Positions 33,012 through 37,691 of a stretch of DNA of 37,691 nucleotides are shown here, piece after piece. This DNA is from Clostridia bacterium. Lineage in GTDB: Bacteria; Bacillota; Clostridia; Oscillospirales; Butyricicoccaceae. Where the stretch lies: contig JAFQKM010000036.1 of the NCBI GenBank assembly GCA_017396925.1, forward strand, positions 1 to 37,691, given 5' to 3'. A program made the position numbers and the translations under genes. Position 1 is the stretch's first letter, and every line of letters starts with the position of its first letter. The notes under the pieces were generated by a model that was not told the origin of the DNA, searched no databases, and worked only from the letters and a program-made list of their open reading frames with translations.

Positions 33012-34160
33012 ATGAAAAATCTTGCTATAATTGGTAGTACCGGCTCGATCGGCACACAGTCGATCGATCTGGCCATGGCGGGCTATCGCATTTCGGCGTT
33101 GGCCTGCGGCAGCAACATCGATTTGGCCGAGCAGCAGGTCCGACAGGTTAAGCCTGCATATGCGGCGGTCTTTGATCCTGAAGCTGCCAAGATTCTCAAA
33201 GCCCGTGTTGCCGATACCGAAACTATTGTTGAAGGCGGCGAAGAAGCCGTTCTGAAGGCGGCATCCTTCGAGGAAGCCAATATGGTCATCAACGCGGCCA
33301 CCGGTATCGCCGGACTTAAGCCTTCGCTGGCTGCAATCAATAGCTGTAAAGCTCTGGCACTTGCCAATAAGGAATCGTTGGTCTGCGCCGGTTCCATTGT
33401 TATGAATGCGGCAAAAGAGAAGAATGTACCCATTCTGCCGGTCGACTCGGAACACAGCGCCATCTTTCAGTGCCTGCAGGCCGGCCGCAAGGAGGAGGTC
33501 GACCGTCTGATTCTGACGGCTTCGGGCGGCCCCTTCTTTGGTTGGGATAAAAAGATGCTCGGCGGCGTTCGCGCCAAAGATGCGCTCAAACATCCCACAT
33601 GGAGCATGGGCAGCAAGATCACCATCGATTCCTCCACCATGATGAACAAAGGCTTTGAGGTCATCGAGGCTGCCTGGCTTTTTGATATCCCTGCCACACG
33701 CATCGATGTAGTCGTTCACCGCGAGAGCATCATTCACTCGGCCGTCAAGTTTATCGACGGTTCGGTAATCGCGCAGATGGGCAATACCGATATGCGACTG
33801 CCTATTCAGTATGCCGTCAATTACCCCGAGCGTGTCCGCAATCCCTTCGATACCCTGGATATCTTCAAGCTTTCCAATCTGAGCTTCTACACACCCGACC
33901 GTGAAAACTTCCCCTGTCTGGCCCTTTGCGAATGGGCGTCGGAAAAGGGCGGAAATACCGGTGCGGTGATCAATGGCGCCAACGAGATCGCCGTTGCGGC
34001 TTTCCTTCGTGATGAGATCGGATTCCTTGATATCCACGCCATTGTGTCGGGGGCGCTGGAACAGGTTGAGTTTATCGAGACTCCCTGCTTTGAGGATATT
34101 CTTGAAAGCGACCGTCTGGCGCGTGCCGCAGCCCGCAAAGCAATTCAGCAGAAAGGCTAA
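33012..34160 (+). CDS. dxr: 1-deoxy-D-xylulose-5-phosphate reductoisomerase
   Basis: 382 aa with IIGSTGSIGTQS, LANKESLV, PVDSEHSAIFQC and HPTWSMG. Confidence 0.96.
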   Translation: MKNLAIIGSTGSIGTQSIDLAMAGYRISALACGSNIDLAEQQVRQVKPAYAAVFDPEAAKILKARVADTETIVEGGEEAVLKAASFEEANMVINAATGIAGLKPSLAAINSCKALALANKESLVCAGSIVMNAAKEKNVPILPVDSEHSAIFQCLQAGRKEEVDRLILTASGGPFFGWDKKMLGGVRAKDALKHPTWSMGSKITIDSSTMMNKGFEVIEAAWLFDIPATRIDVVVHRESIIHSAVKFIDGSVIAQMGNTDMRLPIQYAVNYPERVRNPFDTLDIFKLSNLSFYTPDRENFPCLALCEWASEKGGNTGAVINGANEIAVAAFLRDEIGFLDIHAIVSGALEQVEFIETPCFEDILESDRLARAAARKAIQQKG

Positions 34161-34163
34161 TTC

Positions 34164-35210
34164 ATGACCCTGATTTATGCAATTCTCGTTTTTGGTCTGA
34201 TCATTTTTGTGCATGAACTCGGACATTTTATTGCCGCCAAATCGGCCGGCATCACGGTCTATGAGTTTACCATCGGTTTTGGTCCGGCCATTGTTAAAAA
34301 AAAGATCGGCGAGACCCTTTATGCCATTCGTTTGCTGCCTGTAGGCGGTGCGGTCGTCATGAAGGATGAAAATGAAGAACCGCCCGAAAGCATCGATCCG
34401 CAGGAAGTGCTTTCGGATGAAGGCAGTTTTCAGAAAGCCAGCTGGCTGCGCCGTTTTACGGTCGTTGTAGCCGGTTCCTTTATGAACTTTGTCACCGGTG
34501 TGTTGCTGGTCCTCTTTGTCATGCTTCCGGCAACCCATGTGGCACAGCCGGTGATTTCCGAGTTTGCCGAGGGGTTCCCGCTGGAAGACACACTGCACGT
34601 AGGAGACCGTCTGGTCAAGGTCAACGGCTTCCGCATCTTTACCTATAACGATGTTTCCATGGCGCTGCAGCTGGCAGGGGATGAGCCCTTTGACCTGGTC
34701 ATCGAGCGTGATGGCGAGAAGATCCGGCTGGAAGATGTTCCTCTGGAGCGCCGCGACTATGACGGCAATGGCCAGCTTCGCTATGGCCTCAGCTTTGGCT
34801 ATGAAGAGCTGAAGGGCTTTGACAAGGTTAAATATGCCTTTAATAATGCCATTAGCTTTTTCCAGTCGGCCTACAAGAGCATTGGTATGCTGATCGGCGG
34901 TCAGGCCAAGGGCAGCGATCTGATGGGTACGGTCGGTATTGCCACCGAGATCTCCAATCGCGCCGAGGAGTCGATGCGGGAAATGTGGTATTTTGTTGCC
35001 TACATTTCGGTCAATCTCTCCTTTGTCAATATGCTGCCCATTCCGGGGCTGGACGGCGGCAAGCTGTTTTTCATGCTGATCGAACTGGTGATGCGCCGCA
35101 AGCTGGACCCCAAGTGGGAGACCTATTGCAGCTATATCGGCCTTTTCCTGGTGCTGCTGCTCTTTGTTTTTGTCACTTATAACGATATTATGCGCCTGAT
35201 TCGCGCTTAA
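34164..35210 (+). CDS. rseP: RIP (site-2) zinc metalloprotease
   Basis: 348 aa with HELGH near the N-terminus, a central PDZ-like region and NMLPIPGLDGG. Confidence 0.92.
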   Translation: MTLIYAILVFGLIIFVHELGHFIAAKSAGITVYEFTIGFGPAIVKKKIGETLYAIRLLPVGGAVVMKDENEEPPESIDPQEVLSDEGSFQKASWLRRFTVVVAGSFMNFVTGVLLVLFVMLPATHVAQPVISEFAEGFPLEDTLHVGDRLVKVNGFRIFTYNDVSMALQLAGDEPFDLVIERDGEKIRLEDVPLERRDYDGNGQLRYGLSFGYEELKGFDKVKYAFNNAISFFQSAYKSIGMLIGGQAKGSDLMGTVGIATEISNRAEESMREMWYFVAYISVNLSFVNMLPIPGLDGGKLFFMLIELVMRRKLDPKWETYCSYIGLFLVLLLFVFVTYNDIMRLIRA

Positions 35211-35287
35211 ACCTGTATTCTTCAGGGCCGCAGATTTCTGCGGCCCATTGCCCTATACAAACCCTATGCGTAGAGGAGAATAAAGAT

Positions 35288-36346
35288 ATGAAAAGAACAT
35301 CCAAGAAAATACAGATCGGCTCGGTCACCATCGGCGGCGGCAGCCCCATTGCCATCCAGTCGATGCTCAATACCGATACACGTGACGTTCAGGCATCCCT
35401 GCGTCAGCTGGCCGCGCTGGAAGAGGCCGGCTGCGAGATCGCACGTCTGGCCGTACCGGATATGGCTGCTGCACAGGCACTGGCCGAGATCAAGAAGGGC
35501 ACCAGGCTGCCGCTGGTCGCCGATATTCATTTTGACTACAAGCTGGCACTGGCTGCTGCCGAAAGCGGCGTCGATAAGATCCGCATCAATCCCGGCAACA
35601 TCGGCGAAAAGTGGAAGATCCGCGAGGTTGCCAATGCCTGCATGGACAAGAATATTCCTATTCGCATCGGCGTTAATGGCGGCTCGGTCGATAAGGATCT
35701 TCGCGAGGAGTACGGCGTCACGCCTTACACCCTTTACAGAAGTGCCGTCCGCAACATCGAAGCGCTGCAGGAATGCAATTTTGAAAACATCTGTGTGTCG
35801 CTGAAGGCCTCCAATGTTTTCTCCACCATCGAAGCTTATCGTATGCTGGCCAAGGAATGCGATTATCCGCTCCACCTCGGCGTTACCGAGGCAGGCAGCC
35901 AGTATATGGGCACCATTAAGTCGGCAGCTGCCTTTGGCGCACTGCTCTGCGATGGTATTGGCGATACCATTCGCGTCTCGCTGACCGATGATCCTGTTAA
36001 GGAAATCTATGCGGCAAAGGATATTCTCAAGGCGCTGGGGATGCATGCCGATGGCGTTACCATTGTTTCCTGTCCCACCTGCGGCCGTACCTGCGTTGAT
36101 CTGATTCCCATTGCCAAGGCTGTTGAAGAGAAGCTCCAGAAGGTCAAATCCCGCATCACAGTCGCTGTTATGGGCTGTGTTGTCAATGGCCCCGGTGAGG
36201 CTCGTGAGGCCGATCTGGGCATCTGCGGCGGCAGAGGGGAAGGTCTGATCATCCGCAAGGGTGAGATCCTGCGCAAGGTTCCCGAGGCTCAGCTGGTCGA
36301 CGAACTGATCCGCGAAGTTGAACTGCTGACCGGTGAGACCGTATGA
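35288..36346 (+). CDS. ispG: 4-hydroxy-3-methylbut-2-enyl-diphosphate synthase
   Basis: 352 aa with VQSMLNTDT, RINPGNIG, SCPTCGRT and MGCVVNGPGEA. Confidence 0.96.
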   Translation: MKRTSKKIQIGSVTIGGGSPIAIQSMLNTDTRDVQASLRQLAALEEAGCEIARLAVPDMAAAQALAEIKKGTRLPLVADIHFDYKLALAAAESGVDKIRINPGNIGEKWKIREVANACMDKNIPIRIGVNGGSVDKDLREEYGVTPYTLYRSAVRNIEALQECNFENICVSLKASNVFSTIEAYRMLAKECDYPLHLGVTEAGSQYMGTIKSAAAFGALLCDGIGDTIRVSLTDDPVKEIYAAKDILKALGMHADGVTIVSCPTCGRTCVDLIPIAKAVEEKLQKVKSRITVAVMGCVVNGPGEAREADLGICGGRGEGLIIRKGEILRKVPEAQLVDELIREVELLTGETV

Positions 36347-37691
36347 AAACCGCTCTTTTAAAAGAAATCTTCCGGGAGGTCACCCCACAGACCAACGTCT
36401 TTGATCTCCCGGTAGATGAAATCAACATTCTGTCTTCCGACGGCACGGTCGAGATCCTGCTGCAGGAGGGCGTTGAAGTGTTGCCCGAAGCCCTGGATCA
36501 GGCAGCGGCGCTGATCCGCAAGACCTATTATATCCGCAGTGTACAGCTGCGTGTGGCCGAAGGCAGCAATAAGAATGCCGAGGAGCTGATCCTTGATAAG
36601 CTGAACGAGACCAACAAGTCGTTGGCCATCGCCATCGATAAGCAGAGCTTCAGTCTGGAAGGCGGCGAGCTGTTTGTCCGCATTTCGGAAGACTGGTCCT
36701 GTCGTGCCGATGACCTGACCAATGCACTGCAGAACATCGTGCATGAGCTTAATCTTGGCCCGGTAAGGGTTCAGCTGAGCATCTTCAAAGAAGCCGTTTC
36801 TTTCGATGCACGCCGCGAGCAGGATATCGAACGCCTGATGCAGGATGCACCGCCGCCCACTGCCCATATCAGTGCACCGGCACCCAAGGCCCAGAGCAGC
36901 GGCGGCAATGGGGGCGGCGGATACAATAAGTTCCGCCCCCAAAAGCCTGAGGGAACGCCCTATGTGCCGCCGGTGGATGAAGACAAAATCATTTACGGCA
37001 AGCCGGTCAAACGCGATCTGCTCAAGATTGGTGATCTGTCCCTTGACAGTGGTAAGGTTGCTGTCAAGGGTGAGATTTTCTCTACCGAGCTTAAAAAGCT
37101 GAACGGTAAGGGCAAGACGGTCATCAGCTTTGAAATGACCGACGGCAGCGGCTCGATCAAATGTGTTAAAGTTGTTGCCGATGAAGAAGTTCCTCCCTTT
37201 AAAGATAATATCAAGGAAGGCAAGGTGGTTGTTGTTCAGGGAACCATCAGCTATTCCAAGTTTGATAACGACAATATCATCACCCCTTACGCCATCATCA
37301 AGGACAAAAAGAAAGACCGCACCGATACAGCCGATGAGAAGCGTGTCGAGCTGCATCTGCATACCGTTATGTCGTCGATGGACGGCATCTGCGATACCCA
37401 GAAGGTCATCAAACTGGCGGCTTCCATGGGCCATCGTGCCGTTGCGGTTACCGACCACGGCGTTGTACAGTCTTTCCCCGATGCCCTGAAGGCGGCTTCT
37501 GCCATCAAAAAAGACAATAAGGATTTCAAGGTCCTCTATGGTGTTGAGGCTTATGTTGTTAACGATCTTGATGGCGGCATTGTCAAGGGCATGACCAATG
37601 CCACCCTGGACGACGAGATCATCGTTTTTGACCTTGAGACCACCGGTCTAAGCCCTGTTCGCTGCGAGATCATTGAAATTGCTGCGTTTAA
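36343..37691 (+). CDS. polC: DNA polymerase III PolC-type, N-terminal roughly 449 codons (continues past the right edge)
   Basis: Not in the track because it is edge-truncated. The ATG at 36343 overlaps the ispG stop (ATGA). My translation is MKTALLKEIFREV... with an OB-fold region, the PHP motif RVELHLHTVMSSMDGI...HRAVAVTDHGVVQSFP and the exonuclease ExoI motif IVFDLETTGLS. Confidence 0.9.
   Translation, partial: MKTALLKEIFREVTPQTNVFDLPVDEINILSSDGTVEILLQEGVEVLPEALDQAAALIRKTYYIRSVQLRVAEGSNKNAEELILDKLNETNKSLAIAIDKQSFSLEGGELFVRISEDWSCRADDLTNALQNIVHELNLGPVRVQLSIFKEAVSFDARREQDIERLMQDAPPPTAHISAPAPKAQSSGGNGGGGYNKFRPQKPEGTPYVPPVDEDKIIYGKPVKRDLLKIGDLSLDSGKVAVKGEIFSTELKKLNGKGKTVISFEMTDGSGSIKCVKVVADEEVPPFKDNIKEGKVVVVQGTISYSKFDNDNIITPYAIIKDKKKDRTDTADEKRVELHLHTVMSSMDGICDTQKVIKLAASMGHRAVAVTDHGVVQSFPDALKAASAIKKDNKDFKVLYGVEAYVVNDLDGGIVKGMTNATLDDEIIVFDLETTGLSPVRCEIIEIAAF

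Noticed and set aside
31390-34598. Minus-strand ORFs 31390-32991 (533 aa) and 32880-34598 (572 aa)
   Set aside because: They are antisense to uppS, cdsA, dxr and rseP.
36358-37458. 366-aa minus-strand ORF
   Set aside because: It is antisense to the edge-truncated polC frame, which carries PHP and exonuclease motifs.
1-37691. Mobile element, prophage, CRISPR array, tRNA or rRNA
   Set aside because: I saw no integrase, transposase or phage-structural motifs. I saw no terminal inverted or direct repeats flanking the accessory block, no regularly spaced short repeats, and no cloverleaf-like or rRNA-like non-coding stretch. All intergenic gaps are 302 nt or shorter.

Overview
This is a 37.7-kb chromosomal window from an anaerobic Bacillota (Clostridia-type) genome. 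The evidence for that is PolC, the Gram-positive pyrH-frr-uppS-cdsA-dxr-rseP-ispG-polC block, a PdaB-like polysaccharide deacetylase and many O2-sensitive metalloenzyme genes. Coding is dense and codons are strongly G/C-ending by eye. As a result almost every real gene carries a gene-length antisense 'shadow' ORF in the supplied track, and I rejected all of these. I saw no rRNA, tRNA, CRISPR array, transposase, integrase or phage genes. Layout: (i) 1-2466 is a minus-strand operon running DUF3343 Se/S-carrier-like, cysteine desulfurase, then a double-cubane / 2-hydroxyacyl-CoA-dehydratase-family reductase that is edge-truncated and absent from the ORF track. (ii) 2674-7913 is a five-gene corrinoid methyltransferase operon with three URO-D/MtaA-family Zn-methyltransferase paralogues, a RACE-type reductive activase and a B12-binding corrinoid protein. 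(iii) 7995-8717 is a divergent C_GCAxxG_C_C-rhodanese fusion. (iv) 8910-11483 encodes a cytoplasmic Mo/W-bis-PGD oxidoreductase plus a small poly-ferredoxin. (v) 11568-17483 is a self-contained vWA(DUF2201)-MoxR AAA+-LRR operon, my top candidate for an undescribed system. (vi) 17484-24851 holds miscellaneous genes: deacetylase, guaB, DUF2284, PadR-DUF2812 with a textbook operator/promoter, DUF1445 hydro-lyase plus Tyr phosphatase, pdxK and radC. (vii) 25017-37691 is housekeeping: uvrBA and the pyrH...ispG block, ending in an edge-truncated polC that is also absent from the track. All family assignments come from motif recognition by eye and no database search was run.
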